A stretch of 63,141 bases of DNA, filler included, from Reclinomonas americana ATCC 50394 (GCA_048213135.1; 13 parts of 13 records of this genome joined end to end with filler, not necessarily neighbours in it); one strand, 5' to 3'. Positions 12,181-23,806 are shown, numbered from the whole stretch's first letter. Numbers and translations are program-made. Notes: generated by a model from the sequence alone, not told the origin.

Positions 12181-13779
12181 ATGATCCCCACGCTGGTGCA
12201 GCGGCTGATTCGCACTTCGCTGCTGCCGCTGGAGGGTGCGCATCGACCGGCAGGCCTAGGGCCGCTGGAGGCTGTTCGCATCGCCTACACCGACCCTTCG
12301 AGCGCCCGCACTCTGGTGGGCACCATGGAGAACTGTTTCGCCGTGGGTGTTGAGAAGAACGGCGTGCACATTGTGCGCGCCTCTGAAGACATCAATGGCA
12401 ACCTGCTGGTCAGCACCGTCGGCACTGTGACCGTCATCAATCCCGATTCAGGGCTCGCCGAGCAAAAAATAGCCGCGTTGCGATATCTCGAAGGGAGCCA
12501 CCTGCTGGTCATCGGCGTCAAGAGTCCGCCTGCTGTGTACGTTGCGCGCCTGACCACCCCGTCTTCTATCGGGAGCAACTTGGGCACGGTGTCTGCAAAG
12601 AGAGTCATTTCGTGCGCCGATCTTTTCGAGTGGAGCAACCACGCCAGTCTGCAGACTCTGGACGCCGTGGTGGACGACGACGGAGACGGATGCTGTGTGT
12701 TTGTCGGTGGAGCGTGCGAGTACGAGTACAAGCAGAACACAGACTGCAGCATCACCGAAGAGGCGGGCACAGTCACCGATGTGATCGCCTGCGTTCATCG
12801 GGCACGACCTGTCGCCACGCTCGGTCCAGTGGCACCCATGATTGCTTTCGCCCTTCGTGAGGCTCCCACCAGCAATCCCGCCAGGCGCAGCGTGCCGACG
12901 CTGCAAAGCGGCTGCAAGTGGCTCTTCCCGAGTCCGTGGTCGCAGCAGCCAGCGCCTTCGATATCACCGAGATCATGCACGACCGGGTCCGTCTTTTACT
13001 ACTTGAAATGCCGCGGCCTTGGAGTGTGCCCCACCGATCGCCGCGTCCTCGCCTCGCTGGCGTTCTACAGCAGCAATCGAGTCAGTCATGGAGCTGACAT
13101 GCACGATGGCTTCGTGCAATTCTGGGACATCACCCCTGTTCGTGAGCGAAACACTCAAGTCCGGTCGTGTGGCGAGATTCGAGTCAGTGCGAATTCCATG
13201 GTCCTGCGCTTCCCCGTTCCGGACACCACCATGCTGCCGCCGAACGACTATGTGCAGCTCGGTTCGCTTGTGTGGACTGACGACGGCAGTCAACTTCTGT
13301 TCAGTGTTGCCACCGTCAACTACTTTACGCATGTGGTAGCTGTGCAAGTAGTCGAGCTCGAGCATGATCCGCCGCAGCTGGAGATGCAGTGCAATGAGGC
13401 GGCCCGGCTCAACCACAATGTCGTGCACGTGCCCCATAGCGGCAACATCGTGGCCACAGCGTTGGCTTGCCTGCCAGTGTCGTCGCCCGTCGTGCAATCG
13501 CCAGTTCGCGGTTACATTCCGTGCGCTGGCGCGCAAGATGGACGCGTGTGCTGGTGGGACTCGCCGTCCACTGCAGTGCAGTCGTCGACAAGTCTGGAGC
13601 CGCCAGTCGCCATCCACACGACTAGCAACACCGGTGGTCATGCCACTCCTGTCACCGGCGTTGCGTTCAATCTACCAGCGCACGCCGGTGATGCGCCGCG
13701 CTTCCTGCTCTCGTGTGCCTCTGGTCAGGACGGTACGCTTGTGGTGCGGCGACTGCGCGATCTCAATGCGCAACCGTAA
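12181..13779 (+). CDS. Intronless 532-aa protein with WD40/beta-propeller-like C-terminal repeats
   Basis: Single open frame with coding-like composition; DGFVQFWD, GAQDGRVCWWD, GHATPVTGVAF...ASGQDGTLVVRRL. Confidence 0.75.
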   Translation: MIPTLVQRLIRTSLLPLEGAHRPAGLGPLEAVRIAYTDPSSARTLVGTMENCFAVGVEKNGVHIVRASEDINGNLLVSTVGTVTVINPDSGLAEQKIAALRYLEGSHLLVIGVKSPPAVYVARLTTPSSIGSNLGTVSAKRVISCADLFEWSNHASLQTLDAVVDDDGDGCCVFVGGACEYEYKQNTDCSITEEAGTVTDVIACVHRARPVATLGPVAPMIAFALREAPTSNPARRSVPTLQSGCKWLFPSPWSQQPAPSISPRSCTTGSVFYYLKCRGLGVCPTDRRVLASLAFYSSNRVSHGADMHDGFVQFWDITPVRERNTQVRSCGEIRVSANSMVLRFPVPDTTMLPPNDYVQLGSLVWTDDGSQLLFSVATVNYFTHVVAVQVVELEHDPPQLEMQCNEAARLNHNVVHVPHSGNIVATALACLPVSSPVVQSPVRGYIPCAGAQDGRVCWWDSPSTAVQSSTSLEPPVAIHTTSNTGGHATPVTGVAFNLPAHAGDAPRFLLSCASGQDGTLVVRRLRDLNAQP

Positions 13780-14039
13780 CGAGCTGAGCGTCGACGTCGC
13801 CGTTGATATTGATGCGTAAGAGCTCTGTACATGTACAGAGAAAGGTGAGACAATAGTAGTGTACATCATGCACATATTGTCACACAGTCGTCGTTGGCGG
13901 GCGGGAAGGAGGCACAACAGCCGCCCGCATTCGTGTCGCGTCGCCCACAACAAAACACCTGGTTGTCGCACACCAAACAAACATCGCCACCAGCAACTGT
14001 GATTCAAGGTTGTGGCAGCCGGTGACCCTGCGGTAGCAC

Positions 14040-14225
14040 AGCGCGTGACCTAGACCTCGGCCCTAGGGGAGAGGAGAGTTGCGAACACTCAGTCGAGGAC
14101 ATGTGCACCCTGTCGGTTCGCTTCTGTTGGCTTCCTCTCTTCGGAGAGCAAGCCACCTGGTCGGTACTCTACTGTGGTGATCTGAACATAGCCGCGACCA
14201 CTGCCCGCCCAGCTTCGCTAGACAA
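14040..14225 (+). ncRNA. Candidate structured RNA of unknown class
   Basis: Four adjacent hairpins between convergent genes, including tggctt-c-ctctc-TTCG-gagag-c-aagcca (14128-14155, cUUCGg loop), a GCGA-loop stem and a possible pseudoknot. Confidence 0.35.
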
Positions 14226-14387
14226 TTCGACACCTCCACGCAGCTTCTCCACGCTCACTCCCGGTGCCTCACCTACCGTCACATAACACATCCACAGCGT
14301 GCACATCCACCACACACACACACACATTCAACACCCAGTGCGTGTGTCAACAATACAACATTTTTCATGATCAATCCCCCTCCTCAT

Positions 14388-16665
14388 TCAGCTGCTGCTC
14401 GGTGGTGGCGCCGGCTCGGCACACGCCACCGACTCGCCCGAGAACTGCTTCCACAAGATCTCCATCTCCCCCACCTCCTTGATGTGATGCACGGCCACGA
14501 CGCCTTGCTTCAGCTGATCGCCGCCGTACACATCAAAGCCGGTGAACGGCAAGTCGTACACGATCTTGCCGTTGTTGTTGTAGAGGTAACCGCCGAGGCG
14601 GACCTTGACGCAGTACGACAGAATGTGGTCGCCCTGCGCGCACAGACAAACAGAGTGTAAGAGAGAGGGAAAAGACGACGACGACGACGACGACCTCGGA
14701 AACGCGCAACATTGTACGGTGCACGCGGCTCCACACTGGGGAAATACTGATTGTGCCGGCGCTGCATGTCCTCCAGATCCACATTGCACGACAAGATGGT
14801 GCCGTGGCGCACCAGCTCACGCATGGCCGCCCCCGAGAACATGTACGTACCACCGTACACGATGCCCAGCAGCTCCCCCGAGAGCCAGACGTCGGTGCCC
14901 ACTGTGTACAGAAACAATATCAGCGCAAAAAATCGGACGGATGGCCAGGAGCACGCACGCGCACCATCAATCATCGCCTTCTCCGTCTCCCACAGCAGCT
15001 GGAGCATGCCCTCCGGCTGCAGTACCATGTCGTCGTCCAGGATCAAGTAGAAGCGCTTGTCGGGGAAGGCACGCCACAAATCAATGGGCGCAAACTGCAT
15101 CTTGCGCTGCCCGGTGCTCTTGTTGGCGCGGAACGGACACCCGGAGATCTTCTGAATTCCCAGCTCAGGCACATCGCGATCCGACAGCACCACATGATGC
15201 GGAAACGAGCGCAGAAACGTGCGCTGCTGACACGCCACGCGCACCGTGTCCTGAAAGCGATGCGACACAATCGCCACGCCCACGTCGTCAAACGAGGGAG
15301 CGTGAGTGCGTGCGCGCTCCACGTACGCTCCCCACGCGGGTGTCGGGCTGTAGACGTTGGAGCTGTGGAGTGGGCGGGAAGTGAGAAGAGTGCGAAGGCG
15401 TGTCCAGATATCGATGGGAGAGGGTGAAGGTGAAGGGGGAAGGGGAGGGAGGGAGAGAGGGAGAGAGGGTGAAGGTGAAGGGGGAAGAGGAGAGAGGGAG
15501 AGAGGGAGAGTGGGTTATGGGAGAAAGAGAAAGTGTGGTATCTGTGCGCAGCCGTCTGTTCAGTGCCGATATCGGTGGGCAGAGACACACAGAGAGGGGG
15601 GAGAGGGTGAANNNNNNNNNNNNNNNNNNNNNNNNNNNNNNNNNNNNNNNNNNNNTTAATTAATTAANNNNNNNNNNNNNNNNNNNNNNNNNNNNNNNNN
15701 NNNNNNNNNNNAAAGAGAATGTGCGTGTGTCAGTCTGAGAACTGTATTCGTGCGCAGCCATCTGTGTTCAGTGTCGATATCGATGGGCAGAGACACACAC
15801 AGAGAGGGGGCCCGGGGAGGTGGTGAAGGAGGCAGGGAGGGAGTGTGTGCGTGTGTGTGTGAGAGAGAGAGGAGGGAGAAAGAGAAAGAGAAAGTGCGTG
15901 AGTCTGTCTGAGTATTGAACGTCTGTCTGTCTGCTTCTCCATCTGTGCGCAGCCAGTGTCGATATCGAAGGGCAGACACAGAGAGGGGGAGAGAGGGTGA
16001 AGGGTGAATGGTGAGAAGGGAGAGAGAAAGAGAGAGTGTGCGTCTGAACTTTATGAATGTCACTGTCTGTCTGTCTGTCTGTCTGCGTGTATCTGTGCGC
16101 AGCCGTGTGTGTCCAGTGTTGATATCGAAGGGCGCGCAGAGGGGGAGGGAGAGAGAGGTCAAAGGAGAGAGGGTGAAGGGAAAAGACAGACAGAGACAAA
16201 TAGAGCGGGAAAGAGCGACAGAGAGAGAGAAAGAGAGATTCTCAGTGTCTGTCTGTTTGTGTGAGTGTGCGTGTATGTGTGTGTGCGTGTGTGTGCGTGT
16301 GTCAGCGTGTGTGTGTGTCAGTGTATGTCAGTGAGTGTGTGCGCGCGCTCACTCAACTCTTTCAACCGTCTCGGTCCAAACAACGCCTCGACCGCTGCAT
16401 CCCACCACGACAGATGCGGCAACCGCCTATGCGCATGCTGTGACTCACGCTCACACTCCAACGCTGCACCGCCAGTCACTCTCTCACTCTCATCATCAAT
16501 GAGAAAAGGGCGCGTCAAGTGCGCGGCCGTGACTGTGAGCGCGTTGTTGTGCTCGCGTGAGACGACGAGTGTGGTGATGGCGATGGCGATGAGAATGGCG
16601 GCGGGGAGGAGCAAGAGGCAGAGGAATGTGCGAAGGATGAACCGCCATCGCGTTGCCACTGCCAT
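14388..16665 (-). CDS. Fringe-like / GT31 beta-1,3-glycosyltransferase, type II membrane protein
   Basis: Exon 1 (ATG 16665) has an N-terminal TM segment (FILRTFLCLLLLPAAILIAIAITTLVV). Later exons give KRFYLILDDDMVL (DxD), YGGTYMFSGAAMREL, GDHILSYCV and VAVHHIK. Confidence 0.8.
15405..16145. repeat. Intronic degenerate tandem repeat with a GATATC(G) palindromic core, about 5 copies
   Basis: tctgtgcgcagcc...gatatcg(a/g)(t/a)gggc..gacacacagagagggg recurs near 15408, 15568, 15776, 15960 and 16121. Confidence 0.8.
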
Positions 16666-16879
16666 TTGTGATTGATTGTTTTTTCGAAAATTCTCGCGCG
16701 AATATTCGTGCTGGAATATGCGTGATTGCCTTTTTGGGTGAGTGGGTGAAGGAGAAGGCGGAGAGGGGGGGAGGGAGAGGGGAAGGGTGAGGGGAAGGGA
16801 GGGGAGAAAAGAGAGAGAGACACACACAGAGAGAAAAGAGAGACAGAGAGAGAGAGAGATCTAGAGAGAGAGGGGATCC

Positions 16880-16951
<72 letters not shown>

Positions 16952-17323
16952 NNNNNNNNNNNNNNNNNNNNNNNNNNNNNNNNNNNNNNNNNNNNTTAAT
17001 TAATTAANNNNNNNNNNNNNNNNNNNNNNNNNNNNNNNNNNNNNNNNNNNNGAGAGAGAGAGAGAAAGAGAGAAAGAGAGGCGCAAGAGGGTGAGCGACT
17101 AAAACAGGGGAGAAGGGGAGTCCTCGCGCGCGCCTTCGACGTCGATCATCTGCATTGGACTGCATGAACACTTCTTCCACATCCCTCGCGTGATTTGTGC
17201 AAAGAGTGTGGATATTGCAGTGCATGCAGTGTGTAATAAGGGGGCAACAACCACAGGAAGTTTGCTGTCCGCCACAATGCATCGTCCTTCATGTTGTTGT
17301 TGTTGTCCGACAGGCAAGTCGTC

Positions 17324-20300
17324 ATGCGTCGGAGCGGAGGTTGTGCGCCGACTTTCGATGAAGTCAAGCGGCAGTACGATGAAGCCGAACGGCACTACGG
17401 CAGTGGTGACTATGCCACCGCGGCACCTCTCCTCGCTCGCTGCATGCGAGACTTTGAGGACTTGCGCGGCCCCGACGATGAATGGACTCTTGTGTGTGCA
17501 CACAACTACGCGGTTGCACTCTTGGATTCAGGAGATGCACAGAGCGCATTGCCGGTGTTCGAGGATGAGCTGGAGAGGAGGAAGCGCGTGTCGGGTGCGA
17601 CTCACAAGGATACATTGAGAACGGCTTCCCGCATGGGCAATGCGCGGAGGAAGCTCGGGCGGCATCGCGAGGCCATTGCATTGCTGCGCGACACGGCGGA
17701 GAAACAAGAGCGCTACGGGGCCAAGGAGGACGCCCAAGATGTGTTGCTAACGTTGCATCGCTTGGCACTGGCGCTCGATGACAACAAGGAGTACGAGGAG
17801 TCGATTCGTGTTTCACATGACCTTGTGCGCCAGAGCCGCCAAGTGCTGGGCGAGGATCACCCTGAGACGCTGGCGAGCATGCACAACATGGCATGTACGC
17901 TGGCCAAAGCAGGCAGCTTGGCCAACCTGGAGGAGGCGTTGGAGATCTTCGAGGAGGTGTTGCCGCTGCGTCGTCGCGTGCTGGGACCGGACCACAAAAG
18001 CAGCAAGCGTACTGCCGACTATATTGTTAGCACCCGCGCGAAGCTCACCGCACTCCGCAAGGCTTCTGCGACGACCTCCCCATCTGGTACGTCAGCGACG
18101 CACTCTTTTGTTTCATCCTCCACACTCTTGTTGTTCATCCGCAACTGCAGCTTCCTCTGCTTCTGCATCCTCTCCCCCGCCAGTGCGTTCTCCGGTGAGA
18201 CAAACCTGACAAGTGCCGATGCTTGACCAACACTTACCTGTCTGTGCGCCAACCAGCCGCCACCGGTGAACTCGGCCCGCGAACAGCAACTGGAGGCAGC
18301 AAACGCACAACTGCAACGCGACTTGACCGACCAGCAGCGCCTCGTGCAGCGGCAGACGCAGGAGGTGACCACGCTTCGCAGCCAGCAGTCGCAATCACAG
18401 GCCACCATCGCCGAGCTGCAGCGTGACCTCGCGCAACAGCGGGCGACGACGCAGCAGCACGAAGGAACCATCGCACAACTGCGGCGCGAGGTGGAAGAGC
18501 AACAGGCGGCGGTCCGCGAGCGGGCCGCCCAAGTGGATGCAGCGCAGCAGCTGGTGCAGCGACACGAGGCCACCATTACGCAGCTGCAACGCGAGAAGAA
18601 CGATCAGCAAGCCACTGTCCGCGAGCTGAGTGCCCAGGCGCAACAGCACGAGGCCACCATCGCGCAGCTGCGGCGCGAGCTGGAGACGCAGCAAGCCACT
18701 ATCCGCGAGAGGACCACGCAGATGAATGCAACACAGCAGCTGGTGCAGCAACACGAGGCCACCATCGCGCAAGTGCGGCGCGAGGCGGAGGAGCAGCGAC
18801 AGCGAGTCGGGCAGTTGACCGCTCAATTGCACGCAGCACAAGAGGCCGGTCGCGCAAGTGCAGCGAATGTTGCACGCCTGCAGCAGGAGTTGGAGGAGCA
18901 GAGGGCGCATGGGCAACCTCAGCAAGAGGCCGCTATGCAGCGTCTGCGTGAGGAATGTGCGGCTCTTCGAGTCTCACTGGAGCGCATGGACGAGCAGCGC
19001 CAGCAAGAACACGACCGTGCACAACGACTGGCCGCTGATTTGGCCGCCGCGCAGCACGAGCTCAACCGCCGTGGTGAGTGCGAGTGAGTACGGCAATGGC
19101 TGCTTGTGCGCTGTCGCTCATGTGCAGCTTTGCAGTTCCGCTCACGGCCTTTACCTGGGAGCAAGTCGGCGCCATGACAAACGGCTTTGCTCGTCGTCTT
19201 GGCACGGGTGGACAGGGAAGCGTGTTTTCTGGTACTTGGAAGGAGCAGCAAGTGGCTGTCAAGGTGTTCGACAGCGACGCGCCGTGGTGCATCGAATCGT
19301 TCGCCAATGAGGTGAGAGTATTCGTGGGGGGAGACCGTGTGATGATCGCATTGTGTGCTTATCGTAACCTGGTGGGTGCAGTTGGAGAAACTGAAGAGTG
19401 TGACGGTGCCTGGTGTGGTACGCATGATGGGCTTCGCCGAGTCGGACCGCGGAGAAAAGTGCATCGTGCTGGAGGCCATGAGGTTGGTTGCATGCAGTTC
19501 TTCTGGCTCGTTTGTTGCTAATGTGCTGTTCTTCTCTCGATCATTCTCAAGCGAGCACAATCTCGAGCACCGGTTGTTGGAGTATCAAGCACTCGGTTTG
19601 CCCGTCATGACCATCGAGGAACGGATGACATGCTTGCTTCGGTGCTCGGAGATCGTGGCGGCGTTGCACAGGTGAGGCAGCTGCAATAAGAAGTCAGGTC
19701 CTACGGTCGTATCTCATCCTTTCTTCTTGTTGTACAGGATGGTTCGTGTTACTGTCGTGATACTTAATGACGTCGTTTCTCACTCCCTTTCTCTCACTGT
19801 CACTGCTTTCTGTTCTCGCCTTCACCCAGAATGGTGAGTCTCCGTGAACTCATTTACGTCGTGGCCTCAATTATTCACCATAATTCGCAGTCATTCACCG
19901 CGACCTGAAGCCCGCCAACATCCTGTTTGACGAGCGCGGCCAGGCGTGCATCTCGGACCTGGGAATCGCGCACTGGTTCCGCACCGCCGGGGTGAGTCCC
20001 CTTTCCCGTCCCTCGCCTTCCCACCGATAATGTCCTCACGGGTGTGTGGCGATAAGCAGACACACCTGTCGGTGCAGTTCGCTGGCGACCACAACTATGC
20101 CGATCCACAGGCACTGCGTGGCATTCTGCGCCCAACTGCTGACGTGTACTGCCTCGGACTCATTCTGCTGCAACTGTTCTCCGGTCAGCCGATTGCCGAG
20201 GTACACAAGTGGATCGAGGCGATGGTGGAGGACGACGACGTGTCGAGACTCGATGAGGCCGCTGTGCTACTGGCCGACACCGCGGTCGGCCGGGAATGGC

Positions 20301-20700
20301 CCACATCCGTGTGTCGCCGTCTTGTGCGCTTGGCCATGCGGTGAGTAGTACGCATGAGCCCCGTATTGCGTAGATCGTCCCTCATGATTCGAGAGACAGC
20401 TGTGTCGACTATCGACCCAATCGCCGCCCGAGTGCCGACGAACTGGTGACCGAGATGCGCGATCTCACTGCGTTGTCGTGCCGTCGCGCTTGTGTGCTCT
20501 GTTACGATGTGCGCGACACTCGACTGCGTCCGTGCGGCCATGAGGTGATGTGTCGCAGCTGCGCGCAGCAAGTGGTCGAACGACGCGGCGAGTGCCCACT
20601 CTGTCGCACGTCCATCACCCGTTTCGGCTCGGGAGACGAATACGGATATCACACGATTGTGCTGGTGCCACCGTCAGCTGCGGCCGCCGTGAGCCCGTGA
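17324..20700 (+). CDS. TPR - coiled-coil - RLK/Pelle(IRAK)-like protein kinase - RING finger fusion (start codon uncertain)
   Basis: TPR repeats ([24 protein letters not shown]) and a Q-rich heptad region. Kinase motifs [60 protein letters not shown]...RRPS. C-terminal RING CVLC..PCGH.VMCRSC..CPLCR. All exons join in frame via GT-AG introns. Confidence 0.88.
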
Positions 20701-20762
20701 TGACTGTGTTTGCAAGTAATTACAGATTTCGGTTGGCAAGAATCTCTCTCTATCTCTCTTGT

Positions 20763-20921
20763 CTACTGCGTGCAGCTGTCAGAGGGAGACTGGCTGCAAG
20801 TGGCACCGCTGTAGCTGCCACAGCAGTTGCCGTTGCCGAGGTGAGTGCCAGAGGCCACGGCGGGGTAGTTGTCACAGACGCAGCGGCACTGGCAAGTCAG
20901 GTCGGCCAACGGAGATTGTGA
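20763..20921 (-). CDS. Probable terminal exon of a small cysteine-rich protein (upstream exons unresolved)
   Basis: After acceptor cataaag: SQSPLADLTCQCRCVCDNYPAVASGTHLGNGNCCGSYSGATCSQSPSDSCTQ*, 8 Cys with C/G-ending codon bias. Confidence 0.5.
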   Translation of the reverse strand, partial: SQSPLADLTCQCRCVCDNYPAVASGTHLGNGNCCGSYSGATCSQSPSDSCTQ

Positions 20922-21686
20922 CTTTATGTGCGCAAGAAGAGAAGAGAGGGATAAAGAAGGGAGAGAGTGAAACGATCAAGCAAGAAGCTGTGGGGCTGCA
21001 GCGACATGATCAGTATCTCTCCCCTTTCACTCTTTCTCTTTGGCCCTCAATCACCTTGCGAAGAGCGATCGAAAATAGGGAGTGCGCAGGTACAGAGACT
21101 GCGTTACAGTGCGAGGGGAGCTGAGTGCGAGGTTGCGATTTGGCGAGTGAAGATTGCAGTGCGGGCGAGAGGTCCACGATCGTGAGGTGCGATGGAGCGA
21201 GATGGAATGCACGCGAGGAAAGAGATGAAGGTGCACTTGCATGAGACTCAATGGTCGATCGATGAAGACTCCCTCTGCTCTACTCCACAGGCTTCACTTT
21301 CTCGACTCAGCGATCGAAAGAGACTTGCATGCACTCTCTCCACTGGTATTCGATTTCCAAATTTGGATTATCGAATGCGCACGGCCCTCATATCCCGCAC
21401 GCGCGCGGGCCCACCACACCACATCACAACCCTCTCTCTCCTCCACTCCGTCTCTCCCCCACGCCCACCTCCCCCTCTCCCTCTCATCAAGTTACTCCGC
21501 CACCATCAGCACGGAACAATTCCATCGAACGGCTCTACAATTTCGGAGATTGACGCGAGAGAAGACACACACACTCTCTCTCTCCTCCCACACACACTCT
21601 CACTCTGCGGTGGTCGTGCGCTCTGGTTGAATTAAGTCCCCTGATTCTCCTGTGCCACCCACACCCCGCTCCTGCGTGACCAACAA

Positions 21687-22535
21687 ATGTCCACTGCACC
21701 ACCTCCCCTCCCCTCCTCGCCCTCCTGGTCCGTCTCCTCGTGGATGTGGGGCCGCGACCCGCCCTCCTCCGCGCGCAGTCCGCCTCCACCTCCCTCCGCA
21801 CTGGCCGTGGTCGCTGTCGCCGTGGCCGCAGTGCGACAACGCCTCATTACCTCTCCACTGCAACAACCTCCACCGGCCGTCACTGCGTCATTAGTCGCTC
21901 AGCAGTCTGCCGCCAGTCTGCCTCCACCTCCGCCTCTGATTGGTGGCGCTCGTGTGTCATCACCGACAGAGTCACTCATGGCGTTGGTCAGTGAGTCACT
22001 AGACGATGCCGATGATGACGACGACTTGCTCAACAACAACAACAATGATGGGCGGTACTCGCCGCCAGCGATTCGCCGCGTGCGTGTCGCCGCCTTGCAC
22101 TTGTCCATTCCACTGCCGCCGCACTTGCCGGTCAGGTGTTGCTCGTCGTCGTCGCCGCTGTCGTCGCCGGGAGGAAGTGCGCGGCCGCTGCAGTCGCCCT
22201 CGTCGCCTTCAATGGGAAGTGCGCCGCGAGGGCCGTTGTTGGTGCTGAATAGGCGGCATGAGCGGCGGCTGGGACTGGCGCCGGTGGTGGATGCACCGGA
22301 CCCGGACGATGATGATGACGAGGAGGAGGAAGAAGAAGAAGAAGAAGATGGCGAGGATGGCTTCGACGAGGATGATGATGACGACGAGGAGGAGGATGAC
22401 GAGGAGGAGGGGGAGCAGTGGGAGCGAGCGTCGTGGGCCGACGAGCAAGACGAGGAGGCGCCGGCAGGGCGGAGTAGCAAGGCGCAGGCGGCGCAGTGGC
22501 GGTCGTCGCAGTGGGTGTCGGAGTTTGCTGGCTGA
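21687..22535 (+). CDS. Low-complexity Pro/Ser-rich and acidic ORF, probably first exon of an unidentified gene
   Basis: 282-codon GC-rich open frame followed by a G/A-rich tract typical of intron 5' ends here, then a gap. No recognisable domain. Confidence 0.4.
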   Translation: MSTAPPPLPSSPSWSVSSWMWGRDPPSSARSPPPPPSALAVVAVAVAAVRQRLITSPLQQPPPAVTASLVAQQSAASLPPPPPLIGGARVSSPTESLMALVSESLDDADDDDDLLNNNNNDGRYSPPAIRRVRVAALHLSIPLPPHLPVRCCSSSSPLSSPGGSARPLQSPSSPSMGSAPRGPLLVLNRRHERRLGLAPVVDAPDPDDDDDEEEEEEEEEDGEDGFDEDDDDDEEEDDEEEGEQWERASWADEQDEEAPAGRSSKAQAAQWRSSQWVSEFAG

Positions 22536-22691
22536 TGTGGATCCCATGTGATAGTTTTGAAAAACAAATAAGTGTATAGCAGTGGTGTAATGTGAAAAGG
22601 GGGAAGGGGAAGGGGGGAAGAAGGGGAAGGGGGGAAGAAGGGGAAGGGGGAGGGGGAGGGGGAGGAGGGCAAGGAGGCGCAGGTAAATGAG

Positions 22692-22731
<40 letters not shown>

Positions 22732-23806
22732 GAGGAGGAAGAGAGTAGTAGACGACGTACGTAGTAGCGGACGGGACGGGAAGGGGAAAGGGAAAGGAAG
22801 GAGGAACGGAACGGAAAGGGAAAANNNNNNNNNNNNNNNNNNNNNNNNNNNNNNNNNNNNNNNNNNNNTTAATTAATTAANNNNNNNNNNNNNNNNNNNN
22901 NNNNNNNNNNNNNNNNNNNNNNNNAGAGAGAGAGAGAGAGAGAGGAGTGGGGAGAAGGACATGGTAGACAGGTCAATGCAGGGCAGGGGGAAGAAGAGAG
23001 CGAACAGGGGAAATGCAAGAAAGTCACTGCGCCTTTGCTGAAACAAAGTGCGCCATGAAGTCCTGGACCACAGCAGCCAGCACGTGTTTGCTTGGTTTTT
23101 GCCTCCTGAAAGGGAAGATGACTGTTTGGAGAAGAATATGGTAGTTTGTGCCTTCGGCAAGGAATTTGTGGACATTTATATATCGCATTACTGTATTCCC
23201 GTGGTGATTACGTTCGAATTCGTGCACTTCCATGGCAAGGACGAAGAGCATGGTTCAGATGCCAGGAAGAGCTCAAGGGTCAGGGGATGCGCTTGCTGGA
23301 GGCGAGTCCACTGTTCAACCACGCTTGTGCGGTTCGAAGATCGCTGTCGTTCGAAGCTCCGAGAGCGAACACACGCACACAAGGAACATGCTCCTTCCTC
23401 ATGATCAAGACTGGTTTTGTGTTGATGTTTTGCATAGGGTTGGACTTGATCATCAAGGCAGCTGTTGCTTGGTAGTTGGTGAACGAATTGTTGTTGTAGA
23501 GCAGCATCAGCGCTGCGAAAAAACAACACTTCATGCAAGATGGATATTGATCATTTGATATCACGGCCAGTAACGGAACCAGTGTCCACTTCCTTGCCGA
23601 CAATGATGTCTCTCTACATTATCCGGGGGTTTGAGAGTTCCTTTCCTCCAGCACATGTGCAGAACAGTGCACGTGCATGCATATAATTTGAAAAAAACAA
23701 ACATGTCCGAATTCCGTATACCGTAATTGTCATCCAGTTAGAGTCGAGTTCAGGTCGCGTCCCCCATTAACAGTCGCCCATCCACGAGAGCCAACATCAT
23801 CCGGAC

